Source: a bacterium (GTDB taxonomy: Bacteria > Myxococcota_A > Bradymonadia > UBA7976 > UBA1532). From it: a stretch of 64,000 nt of DNA. Shown piece by piece: positions 47,901 through 59,089 of this stretch. The stretch is from positions 16,185 through 80,184 of the forward strand of contig JAUHXC010000036.1 of assembly GCA_030427205.1 (NCBI GenBank), given 5' to 3'. A program made the translations under genes and the position numbers. Position 1 is the stretch's first letter, and each line of letters starts with the position of its first letter. The notes below the pieces were generated by a model that searched no databases, was not told where the DNA came from, and saw nothing but the letters and a program-made list of their open reading frames with translations.

Positions 47901-48400
47901 AGCCCCTGGCCTGCGGGCTGGCGCCGGACGCGTCTGTCGCGCCCCGCCTCGCGCCGGGCACCTACTTCGCGGTCGTTCAAGGCGCCGGCGCGGTCACCGC
48001 CGATCTGATCCTCGAGCCCGTGGGCGACGTCGGCGGCTTCGTCGACGCCTGCGACGGCGCGCCGCTGGCGGTCGGGCCGGGCACCGACCTGCCGCTGCAG
48101 GGTGACCTGACCGGAGCCGGCGACAGCGTCGACCTGGCTTTGTGCGCCGGGCTGCCGGCGAGCCCCGACGCGGTCTTCCGCTTCACGCTCGACGCCCGGG
48201 CGACGGTGGTGGCCTTCATCGAAGACGCCGCCTTCGGGGCGCGACTGGCGGTGGTCAACGAAGACTGCGGCGTCGCCGAGTGCGGCAGCCCGATGACCGG
48301 TGATGTCTTCGCCGATCTCGCGCCGGGCACCTACGGGCTGGTCATGGAGGCCGACGGGTTGGGCGGCGGCCCGTTCCGGGTGCGGCTGCAGGTGCAGTAG
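44951..48400 (+). CDS. 1149-aa Cys-rich-repeat lipoprotein (myxobacterial disulfide-repeat type) with C-terminal PPC-like domains
   Basis: GTG 2 nt after upstream stop. Lipobox LLVLLGCAMGFWGC. About 20 repeats of C..G.C...C.DD.DC..G..C..G.C. DWFRV and DEDWFRIDVP are PPC-type motifs. Confidence 0.8.
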   Translation: MQASRGGGALLVLLGCAMGFWGCDGDGGDPAADMMQATADGSGGSGGAGGMMAEDVGPDIDAGCPCPGQQTCDAAGACVEPEVCADDVDCLAGRLCLEGACRQACLGDGECGDGERCDPEAAVCVPDMRCMDDGDCPDGACDDGECVAPCVDGMCPGQQTCDPATGDCVEPAVCAEDVDCLDGRICLDGACATPCGEAADCPGAQQCAMGRCAEPDVCTADLDCVADRLCVADACADPCGRAGCPGGLVCDGGSGRCDEADPCADDGGCFAGRRCAEGLCVDPCVEDAECVGAEVCREGLCIMPVDCDFDAACGPGRVCVEGACQDGCPAMPCPEGAICDNASGRCVVPGGCVEAADCQGAQTCEGGFCVEPAFCNGDVDCLEGRVCRDGACVGLCERDVDCAGSQLCEGGQCVEGPRCGDDDDCLGGRRCAPDLAACIDPCPDGFCPGGLACVDGLCTEPPACNDDVDCAGTRFCRLNACFSAGLDGPCEGRDACPEACVDFDCADAVPGACDCPEGWGCIDDGCVAPGPCGRCPDGWQCADDGRCLRCVADGDCPGGGVCDRGACVDPPACEDDADCLPGHRCPFGRCEIDFAACQDDPIAGAGPDLATLLPPLALTRLTACDGVSDWFRVGDADDALRVTVRFAADVAPPRVRLYPVLDPGTPLAEAEPQPGEARVSAGPGDYLIEVRAAPGASIDYGVEFEQGVECAADRFERPWANDDRERARTVPPGVIAGTLCAGDEDWFRIDVPRRMQVSIEGATAEVDGRRAPLATEGPLTVRVSALGRADYTLSVLPVADPEAACEQAGPLAFGVDEDATVEAGGDDFAPACGAAGGAERVFALDVPRAGRLTADLNGVGGALYLYGDCADAPLACSAAAGGIDTEVEEGSYRLVVDGPFEGTVRVDLEAVSILCDDPPPLEPGQTEIPLPVGPADIGGGCTDPELGAVVRRIEVAEPSIARLALQGGGPEALVSIRDDCAAVEPLACGLAPDASVAPRLAPGTYFAVVQGAGAVTADLILEPVGDVGGFVDACDGAPLAVGPGTDLPLQGDLTGAGDSVDLALCAGLPASPDAVFRFTLDARATVVAFIEDAAFGARLAVVNEDCGVAECGSPMTGDVFADLAPGTYGLVMEADGLGGGPFRVRLQVQ

Positions 48401-48423
48401 ACCGCGCAGCCCTCAGCCAACCC

Positions 48424-49566
48424 TCAGGGCGGCGGCGCGCAGTCCCGGCGACCGGCTTCGCGCGGAGACAGCCGACGGGACTCGCCCAGGCGGGCCAGGA
48501 TGATCGCCTGGGCTTCGGGGTCGGCCGCCGGATCGAGCGGCTGCGTCACGTAGCGCCCGCTCTGCGGGTCGAGCCGGGTATGCAGCGGCACATAGCCCAG
48601 CCCGCCGATGCGCAGCCGACCGTCGGCGCCCGGCGCGAGCCCGACGAAGGCCATCGCCGTCGCCCGCCGCGCCGGCTTCTGCTGATGGCTGACGAAGTTG
48701 CCCATCGAGTACAGCACCCACGCCCGCCGACCGCCGCCCTCGACCTCATCCCACGGCTGCAGCACATGCGGGTGATTGCCGACGATCAGATCGACCCCCG
48801 CGGCCACCGCCTCCCGGGCCAGCACGGTCTGCTTCGCGCGCGGCTGGGGTCGATACTGGCGGCCCCAATGGGGCGTGAAGACGATGAAGTGCACGTCTTC
48901 GCGGGCCCGCAGCCGGCGGATGTCGGCGAGCAACCGGCTTCGCTCGGCGGGCACGTTGCATTCGAGCACCTGATCGGCGGCGTCGCGGTTGCGGTTGAGC
49001 CAGCTCGCGCAGGCGACCCAGGCCACCCGCCACGGGCCGACGGTCGTCTCGGTCACCCACGAGCCCCCAGTGCCGCCGCGCCGGGTGCCGACGAAGGGCA
49101 GCCGCGCCGCTTCGAGCGCGTCGATCGTCAGGTCGAGCCCGCGCGGGCCGCGATCGAGCGCGTGGTTGTTGGCCGTCGAGACGATGTCGAAGCCGCTCAT
49201 TCGCAGGTCGGCTGCCAGCCGCGGGTGATAGTTGAAGCGGCGATAGCCGGAGTAGACGACGCCGTCGTAGGCCTCACCCGGGTCGGGGGCCGGGCGCCAC
49301 CGGGCGTCGAGGCCCGGCGCCAGCGGGCCTTCCAGGTTGGCGTAGGCCAGATCGGCCCGGGCGATCAGCGCGCGGGTCGGGGCCCACAAGCCGGCGAAGC
49401 GCCGGGGCTCGGTCCAGGCCTGGGCCTGCAGCTCGCGGTGGATCAAGACATCGCCCACCGCCGACAGCGTCAGCGCGGCGCCGGGCAGGCACGGGGGCAG
49501 GGGGTCGGCCGCCGCGGCCCCCGCGGAGAAACACAGCCACGCCAGCAGGGCGAACAGACGACGCAT
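48424..49566 (-). CDS. CapA-family metallophosphatase (poly-gamma-glutamate capsule biosynthesis-like)
   Basis: AVGDVLIH, ANNHALDRG and VGNHPHV motifs. Signal peptide. Start MRRLF at aa 7 of the track ORF. Confidence 0.85.
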   Translation of the reverse strand: MRRLFALLAWLCFSAGAAAADPLPPCLPGAALTLSAVGDVLIHRELQAQAWTEPRRFAGLWAPTRALIARADLAYANLEGPLAPGLDARWRPAPDPGEAYDGVVYSGYRRFNYHPRLAADLRMSGFDIVSTANNHALDRGPRGLDLTIDALEAARLPFVGTRRGGTGGSWVTETTVGPWRVAWVACASWLNRNRDAADQVLECNVPAERSRLLADIRRLRAREDVHFIVFTPHWGRQYRPQPRAKQTVLAREAVAAGVDLIVGNHPHVLQPWDEVEGGGRRAWVLYSMGNFVSHQQKPARRATAMAFVGLAPGADGRLRIGGLGYVPLHTRLDPQSGRYVTQPLDPAADPEAQAIILARLGESRRLSPREAGRRDCAPPP

Positions 49567-49629
49567 CGGCGCACGATACAGCAATCGGACGGGCAGGGGA
49601 GCCGGATCGCGCGGGCTCGAAACGACCGC

Positions 49630-51813
<2,184 letters not shown>

Positions 51814-52029
51814 GGTCGACTCCCGCAAACAGTCGAAGCGTCGGCGTCCGCCGGGACTTCGGGCCCCCGTGGTACCCGCTCCTGCCAGCGGATTGCAACC
51901 GCGGCCCGACCGGCAGGTCGGCGCAGCCCGCCGCCGGGCGAGGATTTCTGCGGCGGGGTCGATTCGAGAAAGCAATGGGGGCCCGCGGCCGGTTGCGGTA
52001 GGCTGACGCGATTTCGACGGAGGGCGCCG

Positions 52030-53253
52030 ATGAGCCAGGACGACGACAAGATCCGCGACGTGTTTCGCAAGAAGACCGACCCCCCCGGCCAGCCGACGGT
52101 GCTCGAAGACGGTGAGCCCGGGCTGGTCTACTTCCCCGAGATCAGCTGCCGCGCGTGGGAGCACCCCGCCGATCGGGCGGCGCTGACGACGATGCGCAAG
52201 GTGCCCGGCTTCGACCTGCTCTTGCGCCGCATGTCGAGCATCGTCACCGAGCCGGCCCTGCGCTCGCTCTACCTCGGCAACGCGGTGCGGGTCTCCGAGA
52301 AGCAGTTCCCCGACCTGAACGCCGCGTGGATCCGCACGTGCAAGCAGTTCGACGCCGACCGTGTGCCCGAGCTCTTCGTCACCGCTCAGGGCGGGGTCAA
52401 CGCGGCGGCGGTCGGCTGGGACCGACCGTTCGTATACATCACCGCCGGTGCGCTCAAGTCGTTGAAGGGCGAAGAGATCCGCTTCGTGCTGGCCCACGAG
52501 TTGAGCCATGTGCTGTCCGGGCACGCGCTGTACCGGACGATGATGGACATCATCGTCCGGTACATCCGTCCGCGGTTGGTCTTCATGCCCGCCGCCTGGC
52601 TGGTCGTGGCGGGCATCGAACTCGCCCTCAAGGAGTGGAGCCGCAAGTCCGAGCTGTCGTGCGACCGGGCCGGGTTGTTGGCCGTGCAGGACATCGAGCT
52701 GGCTCAGCGGATCCACATGAAGATGGCCGGCGGCGGCGACCTCGAGAAGATGAACGTCGACGCGTTCCGCGAGCAGGCGGCCGAGTACGAAGAAGACGGC
52801 GATCTGCGCGAGCAGATCCTGCGCCTGCTGATGCTCACTTCGGTCACCCACCCGTTCCCGGTCTTGCGGCTGGCGGAGCTGAGCCGCTGGGCGGAGTCCG
52901 GCGAGTATCAGCGCATCCTCGACGGGCACTACCCTCGGCGAAGCGAAGACGATCACGCCGGTGTCCGGGAAGACATCGCCCGCACCGCCGAGACCTACAA
53001 GGAGCGCTGGTCGGAGCGAGAGGACGCGCTCGGCAAGCTGGTGCAGGACCTCGGCGGGCTGGTCAGCGGGCGCAGCGAGACGTTGTGGGAAGGCCTCAAG
53101 AGCGTCTTCCGCAACCAGGGCTTCGGCGGCTCCAGCTCGGGCAGGGGCGACGACGCGGGCGGCGCTGACGACGGCGCGGTCTACGACACCGACGTCGACG
53201 CGGGCGACGACGCCGGCGACGACGACCCGACCCCCGGCGGGAAGACCCTCTGA
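52030..53253 (+). CDS. M48-family zinc metallopeptidase
   Basis: HELSH zinc site (FVLAHELSHVLSGH) and downstream ELSCDRAG. 407 aa. Only the last 1224 nt of the 1557-aa track ORF are coding in this frame. Confidence 0.85.
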   Translation: MSQDDDKIRDVFRKKTDPPGQPTVLEDGEPGLVYFPEISCRAWEHPADRAALTTMRKVPGFDLLLRRMSSIVTEPALRSLYLGNAVRVSEKQFPDLNAAWIRTCKQFDADRVPELFVTAQGGVNAAAVGWDRPFVYITAGALKSLKGEEIRFVLAHELSHVLSGHALYRTMMDIIVRYIRPRLVFMPAAWLVVAGIELALKEWSRKSELSCDRAGLLAVQDIELAQRIHMKMAGGGDLEKMNVDAFREQAAEYEEDGDLREQILRLLMLTSVTHPFPVLRLAELSRWAESGEYQRILDGHYPRRSEDDHAGVREDIARTAETYKERWSEREDALGKLVQDLGGLVSGRSETLWEGLKSVFRNQGFGGSSSGRGDDAGGADDGAVYDTDVDAGDDAGDDDPTPGGKTL

Positions 53254-53318
53254 GCCGCCCGCGGACCCGTGCCGGGCTGACCGCGCTCGCCGCGCTCGCC
53301 GCGCTCACCTGGGCCGCC

Positions 53319-54617
53319 ATGGCCCCGGCGGCGCCGCTCGACGACTGGCTCGCCGCCGCCGTCGACCACGAGACGATCGTCGTCGCCCCGCGCATGAAGA
53401 CGGTCAGCGCGCCCCTCGCCCGGGCCATCGAGCGCGCGCGGCAGAACCCCACCGTACGCGACGTCAGCGACCCCACGCTCGACGACCTGAAGCGCGGCCT
53501 GGGCTTCGACCTCTTCACCCGCGGCGCGCTCGCCGAGGCCGGCTTCGACGTCGACGGGCCGCTGCTGCTGGCCAACAGCCGCGACAGCGGGCTGACCGCC
53601 GTCGCCGTGGCCGACGGGGCGCGGGTCGGCGCCTGGCTCGAGCAGGTGACCGGCATGACGCCGGGCACCGTCGGCGGGCAGGCCGGCTGGCGCGGCCCGG
53701 ATGGGGTCGCGCTGATCGCCGACGGCGTGCTCTACGCCGCCGCCAGCGAAGCCGCGTTGACCGCCCTGCGCGCCGCGCGGGCCGACGACGGCCGCGACCC
53801 GGTGGCCGGCTGCCCGCGGGCCCGCGGCGCCGCCGATCTCTACGTCTGGCTGCGCCGCGACATCGGCCGCACCTGCTTGACGGTGCGTATCGACCCGGGC
53901 CGGATCCGCCTCGACGCCCGGGTGCACGCGACCGACATGAAACCCGCCGACTGGCTGAAGCCCGCAGGCGACCTGCCCGGGCTGCGGCCCGATCCGGCGA
54001 TGGCCCTGGGCATCAACCCGGGCCCGGCGCTCTCGGCGACGCTCAGCGCGGCGCTCGACCCGGCCCGCGCGCCGTTCGTCGGGCCGCTGGCGCTCAACCT
54101 GGGCCCCGGCGCGCTCGACGTGCTCTTCGCCCTGCAGCCGGCCGACGCCTCCCTGCTCGATCGCTTCGTAGAGGCCGCCAGGGGCCGCCCGGATGTCATC
54201 CTCGACCCCGCCCGTGGGGGGCTGCGGCGCATCGCCGTCAAGCCCGTGCAGGGGCAGCCGGCGCCGCCGGTGAGCCAGATCTGGCTCGGCACGGCCCACG
54301 GACGCACCTGGATCGGCACCGATCGAGCCCCCATCGACCGCGGCCCTGGTGCGGCGCCGACCACCGGCCTGTCGGCCGATCTCTTCCCCGGCGCCGGGTT
54401 GACGCTCTATCTGCGGCCGGGCGGGCTGCCCCATGACGGCGGCCCCTGGGCCGACGCCGTGGCGCCGCAGCTGACGAAGCTGGGGCTGGACATCCGCGGC
54501 TTGCAGGACTTCGCCGGCGCCTTCGCGTGGCTGTGGGCGCACGTGGGCGAGCTGGGGCTGGCGGTGCGGCCCGACGGCGCGCGCTGGCGCATCTCGATCG
54601 AGGCGGTGACGTTGTGA
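53319..54617 (+). CDS. hypothetical protein (432 aa)
   Basis: GC3 bias. Frame is open upstream to the M48 stop, so the true start may be a non-ATG codon encoding the signal-like LTALAALAALTWAA. Confidence 0.6.
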   Translation: MAPAAPLDDWLAAAVDHETIVVAPRMKTVSAPLARAIERARQNPTVRDVSDPTLDDLKRGLGFDLFTRGALAEAGFDVDGPLLLANSRDSGLTAVAVADGARVGAWLEQVTGMTPGTVGGQAGWRGPDGVALIADGVLYAAASEAALTALRAARADDGRDPVAGCPRARGAADLYVWLRRDIGRTCLTVRIDPGRIRLDARVHATDMKPADWLKPAGDLPGLRPDPAMALGINPGPALSATLSAALDPARAPFVGPLALNLGPGALDVLFALQPADASLLDRFVEAARGRPDVILDPARGGLRRIAVKPVQGQPAPPVSQIWLGTAHGRTWIGTDRAPIDRGPGAAPTTGLSADLFPGAGLTLYLRPGGLPHDGGPWADAVAPQLTKLGLDIRGLQDFAGAFAWLWAHVGELGLAVRPDGARWRISIEAVTL

Positions 54618-55093
54618 GGCGGTTGATCGCGCTGAGTCTGGCCCTGGCGCTCACCGCGCCCGGCTGCAGCGGCTGTGGAGAAGAGCCCGCCGAGCCGGCG
54701 ACGGTCGAGAAGGCTGCCGCGGTCTCGGCCGAAGCCGCGGAGCCCGAGGCGCAGGTCACGCCGAACGCGGCGCCGAAAGAAGAGGCGGCGCCGCACCCGC
54801 TGGCCGCCGGCTGGCGCCGCGCCGTGCCGGCCGAGCCGCACCCCGAGGCCCGTGGCCTCTACCGTCGGGCGATCGAGCGGATCCACGCCGGCGCGCCGGA
54901 CGACGCCGCGCCGCTCTTCGCGCGATTGCGGGCCGACTTCGCCGAGACCCGCTTCGCCGCGCGCTTGAAGGGCGGCGGCGACCCGGCGGCGACCGCGGCG
55001 CTGCTGGGCCTGGCGGCCACCGTCGGCGCGGCGACCTTCATCGGCGCCGCCCGCAGCCTGAGCCGCCCGCGCGCGGCGCCTCCCACGCCCTGA
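54614..55093 (+). CDS. small lipoprotein
   Basis: GTG overlapping the upstream stop. LALALTAPGCSGC lipobox. Confidence 0.55.
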   Translation: MRRLIALSLALALTAPGCSGCGEEPAEPATVEKAAAVSAEAAEPEAQVTPNAAPKEEAAPHPLAAGWRRAVPAEPHPEARGLYRRAIERIHAGAPDDAAPLFARLRADFAETRFAARLKGGGDPAATAALLGLAATVGAATFIGAARSLSRPRAAPPTP

Positions 55094-55109
55094 GAGACCG
55101 GCGCCGGCC

Positions 55110-56543
55110 TCAGCCCACCCAGCGGGCGACGTCGGCGAGCTGGAAGGGGAAGTACGCGTCCTCGGTGACGCAGCGCTTGCGGTCGAAGTCCTCGCCCGCC
55201 GCCACGCAGCGATCGGGGGCCCACGTCGGCTCGTCGATGATGCTCGGCGTGCAGTGGCGCAGCATGGCCCCGAAGACCTCCAGCAGAATCGCCGAGCCGG
55301 TGGGCCCCAGCCGCTGCCCGCTCTCGAGCAGCTCGGCCTCGCGCAGCACGTAGTAGAACAGCGGCGTGGCCGCGTTGAGCCCCTCGAGCCCGTCGCCGGT
55401 GAGCTGCGGGTCGAAGTTCGGATCGACCGCCGTGTACTTCGCCGCCAGCGCCTTGGCCACCGCCTGCCCCGACGGCAGGCTCAGCGCGTTGCCCCGCAGC
55501 AGGTTGCGGAACGCCAGGGCCCGATCGAGCGGGTTGTTGCTGCCGACCACCGGCAGGTTCTGCAGCTCGTCGGCGAGCAGCGGGTCGACCGCTTTGCACA
55601 GCCGCGGCTGAACGCAGGCGTCGACCGGCAGCAGGTAGCGCCAGTCGACCGCGAGCGCCGGCGGCACCTCGCCGAAGCCGCGCAGGTCGAAGCGCGGGTC
55701 GAAGAGCGCCACGTCGAGGTTGTTGGCGTTCACCGCGTAGCGCGAGCGCACCAGCGTATGGCCCACCCGATAGGCGGCCACCGAGAACTCCACCGGCATG
55801 GCCAGCGCGCCGTCGGCGTCGGGCTTCAGGAAGTACGGGAACGCCAGATCGCCGCCGATGAGCGCCTCGACGGCCTGCGTGTAGACCTTGCGATCGCACA
55901 GCCGCTTGAGCAGGTCGAAGAGCACCAGCCACTGATAGTGGAACCGGGTCTCGCGCTGGGCCTCTTCGAAGCGCTGCTCGGCGTTGCCGCCGTCCAGCCG
56001 CACCCGCTCGGCGTACAGCCGATTGTGGAAGCGATGGAAGAGCAGCTGCATCTGGGCGACGAAGATGTTCTCGTCGTTGCGCGGATCACCGATCAGCGCG
56101 ACGCCGCCCGGCGAGCGGGCGAGGTCGACGCCATTGGCGCCGACCGCCAGCAGACCGGGCCGCCCGGGGTCGTAGATGTGCGGGCTGGCCTCCGGCCCGA
56201 AGCCATAGACGCAGTCCAGATCGAGGCTCGGCGAGCGCACGTTGGGCAGCGCGGCGATCGCCTTGTCGCTGAGCGGAGAGCCGCGCAGCTTCGACTCGGT
56301 GTCCAGGGTGATGTCGTGGTCGATGAACTGCGCGAAGAAGATGTAGCCGGCCGGGATGTCACAGTTGGCCGACTCGCCGTCGAAGTCGTGCATGAGACCG
56401 CCGGGGCCGCCGAGCAGGGCGGCCTGCTCTTCGCTGACGGGCAGCCCGGGCAGGGTGAAGAGGCGGCCGAAGCGGGAGACCGCGCTGTGCGGGCAACCGC
56501 GGGCCTTGCTGACGCCGTGATGGCAGATGGTGCGAGACTGCAT
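55110..56543 (-). CDS. animal-haem-peroxidase-family protein (bacterial peroxidase/cyclooxygenase-like)
   Basis: FFAQFIDHDITL distal-His motif. HRFHNRLY. 477 aa. AGGAG RBS. Confidence 0.85.
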   Translation of the reverse strand: MQSRTICHHGVSKARGCPHSAVSRFGRLFTLPGLPVSEEQAALLGGPGGLMHDFDGESANCDIPAGYIFFAQFIDHDITLDTESKLRGSPLSDKAIAALPNVRSPSLDLDCVYGFGPEASPHIYDPGRPGLLAVGANGVDLARSPGGVALIGDPRNDENIFVAQMQLLFHRFHNRLYAERVRLDGGNAEQRFEEAQRETRFHYQWLVLFDLLKRLCDRKVYTQAVEALIGGDLAFPYFLKPDADGALAMPVEFSVAAYRVGHTLVRSRYAVNANNLDVALFDPRFDLRGFGEVPPALAVDWRYLLPVDACVQPRLCKAVDPLLADELQNLPVVGSNNPLDRALAFRNLLRGNALSLPSGQAVAKALAAKYTAVDPNFDPQLTGDGLEGLNAATPLFYYVLREAELLESGQRLGPTGSAILLEVFGAMLRHCTPSIIDEPTWAPDRCVAAGEDFDRKRCVTEDAYFPFQLADVARWVG

Positions 56544-56556
56544 GAGTCACTCCTGA

Positions 56557-56590
56557 GGTGTCATGGGTGTCATCATCACAGATGACACCC
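56557..56590. promoter_or_regulatory. candidate operator: GGTGTCAT half-site followed by perfect 10-6-10 inverted repeat GGGTGTCATC-ATCACA-GATGACACCC, 14-47 nt upstream of the peroxidase start
   Basis: Read directly from the sequence. Three copies of the GGTGTCAT half-site. Confidence 0.4.
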
Positions 56591-56882
56591 GAAGTCGGGC
56601 GGGGCCCGGCACGGCGCACGTCGAGCGCTACAGACGCCGTGTCTGTCGTGCTGGCTCCCGGGATGTATTGCCGAAGCCCCGTCAGTCTCGCGATCTGGGT
56701 TATAAGGGTCAAGCCATATAGGCTTCCATCGCATTTCACTTCATTTCGGGCATCTCGCGCGCTGCGGGCTTGTTCGGCGCTGATTCCCGGGTATGGTGCG
56801 TGGCGCAACGGCGCGGGAGGCCGACCTCGGTGCAGCAGCGGTCAGCGAGCGGAAGGCGGGATGTCGGGCGGCCGGCGGGCGA

Positions 56883-57344
56883 TCAGCCGGGGTATGTGTC
56901 GCGCACCACCAGCACCGGGCACGGCGCCGCCCGCAGCACCTTCTCGGCCACGCTGCCCATGAGCAGGTGCGAGAGCCCGCTGCGGCCGTGGGTGCCCATC
57001 ACGATCAGCTCGGCGCCGATGGCTTTGGCCCGCTCGACGATCGAGACATGGGCCACGCCGCCTTTGACCACCTCGTGGTGCGGCGCGTTGGCCAGGTCGT
57101 CGACGCTCTCGACCATCTCGTCGAGCAGCCGCCGCGACTCCTCGCCGAGGAAGGCGTCCATGGTCACTTCGCGCCCGTCCGGGGTGCGCACGAGCACCGC
57201 GCCCGCCGTGAAGGGCACCTCGTGCACGTGCAGCAGCTCGAGCTCGGCTTCGAATGTCTGCGCCATGGTCAGCGCCGCCGCCACCGCCGCCCGGGAGCAG
57301 TCGGAGAAGTCCACCGGCACCAGGATCTTCGAGATCGCCTTCAT
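56883..57344 (-). CDS. universal stress protein UspA
   Basis: ILVPVDFS...LHV...GAELIVMGTHGRSGLSHLLMGSVAEKVLRAAPCPVLVV. GGAGGA RBS. 153 aa. Confidence 0.85.
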   Translation of the reverse strand: MKAISKILVPVDFSDCSRAAVAAALTMAQTFEAELELLHVHEVPFTAGAVLVRTPDGREVTMDAFLGEESRRLLDEMVESVDDLANAPHHEVVKGGVAHVSIVERAKAIGAELIVMGTHGRSGLSHLLMGSVAEKVLRAAPCPVLVVRDTYPG

Positions 57345-57495
57345 CGCGTCCTCCGTCGCGTCGAATATCGCGCTGGGCCCCGCCAGCCGCCGCGCGCGTC
57401 GGCGGCCCAGGCCCCGCTCGCCCGACGGTATATCCGGGGGCCGGCGAGATGTCCATCGGCGCGGGCCGGGGCGGTTCCTACGGCTGCTGGCCGTC

Positions 57496-58572
57496 ATGAT
57501 CGGGCTGCTCCTCGGCCCGCTGCTGGCCCCGCCGGCCAGCGCCCACGACGCCGGCCTGGCCCGGATCGCGGTGACCGCCGCCGACCAGCCCGCCGTCGGG
57601 CTGCAGCTCGACGGGCGCATCGCCGACATCGTGCAGATCCTGGGCTTGCCCGAGAAGGTGCCGTTGCCGCCGCGGGTCTTCGAGGCGGCGCTGCCCGGCG
57701 CGCTGCCCACATGGCTGGCGGTCGAGGCCGACGGCGCGCCCTGCCCGTTGACGCTCGACAGCTGGGGGCGCCTCGACGCCCTGGCGTTGCGGTTGCAGGT
57801 CACCGCCGCGTGTCCCGCGATCCCCCGCGATCTCACCGTGCGCTGGCCCGCGGCGGGTCACCCGGGGCTGCGCTGGGCGGCGCTCGTCGTGATCGACGGG
57901 CAGGAGACCGCGGTGCCGCTGGTGCTCGACCGCGGCCTCGAAGACGTGACCGTGCGGGTCGGCGACCCGCCGCCGATCGGCGAGACGCTGTGGACCTTCG
58001 GGCTGCTCGGCGCCGAACACATCGCGATCGGTTGGGATCATCTCGCCTTTCTATTGGCGCTGGTGCTCGGCTGCGGGCGATTGCGCCGGCTGCTGGCGGT
58101 GGTCACGTCGTTCACCGTGGCCCACAGCCTGACGCTGGCCCTGGGGGCCACCGGCCTCGTCGAGCTGCCGCCGCTGCTCGTCGAGCCGGTGATCGCGCTC
58201 TCGATCGCCGTCGCGGCGGCTCTGGCGCTGTACCGGCTGCGCGCGGGCACGTTGGATCACCCGGGGCGGCCCGACGCCGCCGTCGACGGCGGCCCGTGGG
58301 CCCTGATCGCGATCTGCTTCGGCTTCGGGCTCATCCACGGGTTCGGCTTCGCCGGCCTGCTCGCCGACATGCTGCCGGCGGGCGGCGATCGGCTGTGGCC
58401 GCTGCTGGGCTTCAACCTGGGGGTCGAGGTCGGTCAGGTGGCGCTGGTGGCGCTCGCTTTTCCGGCGCTGGTGGCCATCGGCCGGCGCGGCGCGGCGCGG
58501 CGGGTCTTCGGCGCGTTGTTGGCCGGGTTGGTGGCGCTGGGTCTGGCGGTCACGGTGCTGCGGGTGATCTGA
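57496..58572 (+). CDS. HupE/UreJ-family membrane protein with N-terminal periplasmic domain
   Basis: GAEHIAIGWDHLAFLLALVLG and FGLIHGFGFAG motifs. Six TM segments in the C-terminal half. Confidence 0.7.
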   Translation: MIGLLLGPLLAPPASAHDAGLARIAVTAADQPAVGLQLDGRIADIVQILGLPEKVPLPPRVFEAALPGALPTWLAVEADGAPCPLTLDSWGRLDALALRLQVTAACPAIPRDLTVRWPAAGHPGLRWAALVVIDGQETAVPLVLDRGLEDVTVRVGDPPPIGETLWTFGLLGAEHIAIGWDHLAFLLALVLGCGRLRRLLAVVTSFTVAHSLTLALGATGLVELPPLLVEPVIALSIAVAAALALYRLRAGTLDHPGRPDAAVDGGPWALIAICFGFGLIHGFGFAGLLADMLPAGGDRLWPLLGFNLGVEVGQVALVALAFPALVAIGRRGAARRVFGALLAGLVALGLAVTVLRVI

Positions 58573-59089
58573 CCTGCTCGGCGCCGGCCGACGCCGAGAG
58601 CGCCGCCGCGATGCGCCGTACGTCGTGGGCGGCCGACCCGTCGAGCACCGCGCGGACCACGCCCGCCCGATCGGCGACCACCACCCGGGGCAGCGTCATG
58701 GTGCGCTTGCCCGCGCCGCGCTGCTCGACGCCCAGGTCGCGGGCGATGGTGCCGAAGCGATCGTAGATCACCCGCGCGTCGCCCCAACCGCGGGCGGCCA
58801 GCCACGGCTGCACCACGTCCGGCGACTCACCGCAGGCCACCAGCGTCACGTCAGCGCCTTTCAACAGGCCGCCGCGGGCCCCGCGCATCGCCGCCAGACC
58901 CTTCTCGCAGGGCGCGCACCACGTCGCGAAGAGCACCACGACCCGGCCGTCGGCGGGCTCTTGCAGCACCATGGTCCGGTTGATGACCCGGTCTTCGGCG
59001 TCCCAGCCGGCGAACCACGGCAGCGGCGTACCGACCGCCGGACCGGCGAGCAGGGCGGCGACGAGCAGGGTGGGCAGCAGGCCGGTCAT
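58550..59089 (-). CDS. TlpA-like thioredoxin-fold redoxin (periplasmic)
   Basis: VVLFATWCAPCEK CxxC motif. Signal peptide. ATGA overlap with the upstream gene. Confidence 0.75.
   Translation of the reverse strand: MTGLLPTLLVAALLAGPAVGTPLPWFAGWDAEDRVINRTMVLQEPADGRVVVLFATWCAPCEKGLAAMRGARGGLLKGADVTLVACGESPDVVQPWLAARGWGDARVIYDRFGTIARDLGVEQRGAGKRTMTLPRVVVADRAGVVRAVLDGSAAHDVRRIAAALSASAGAEQVRSPAAP

Noticed and set aside
51814-52956. 5' extension (381 codons) of the recQ ORF 49630..52956
   Set aside because: Contains no helicase motifs and overlaps the divergent M48 gene. RecQ motif I lies about 70 aa after a TTG with RBS at 51813.
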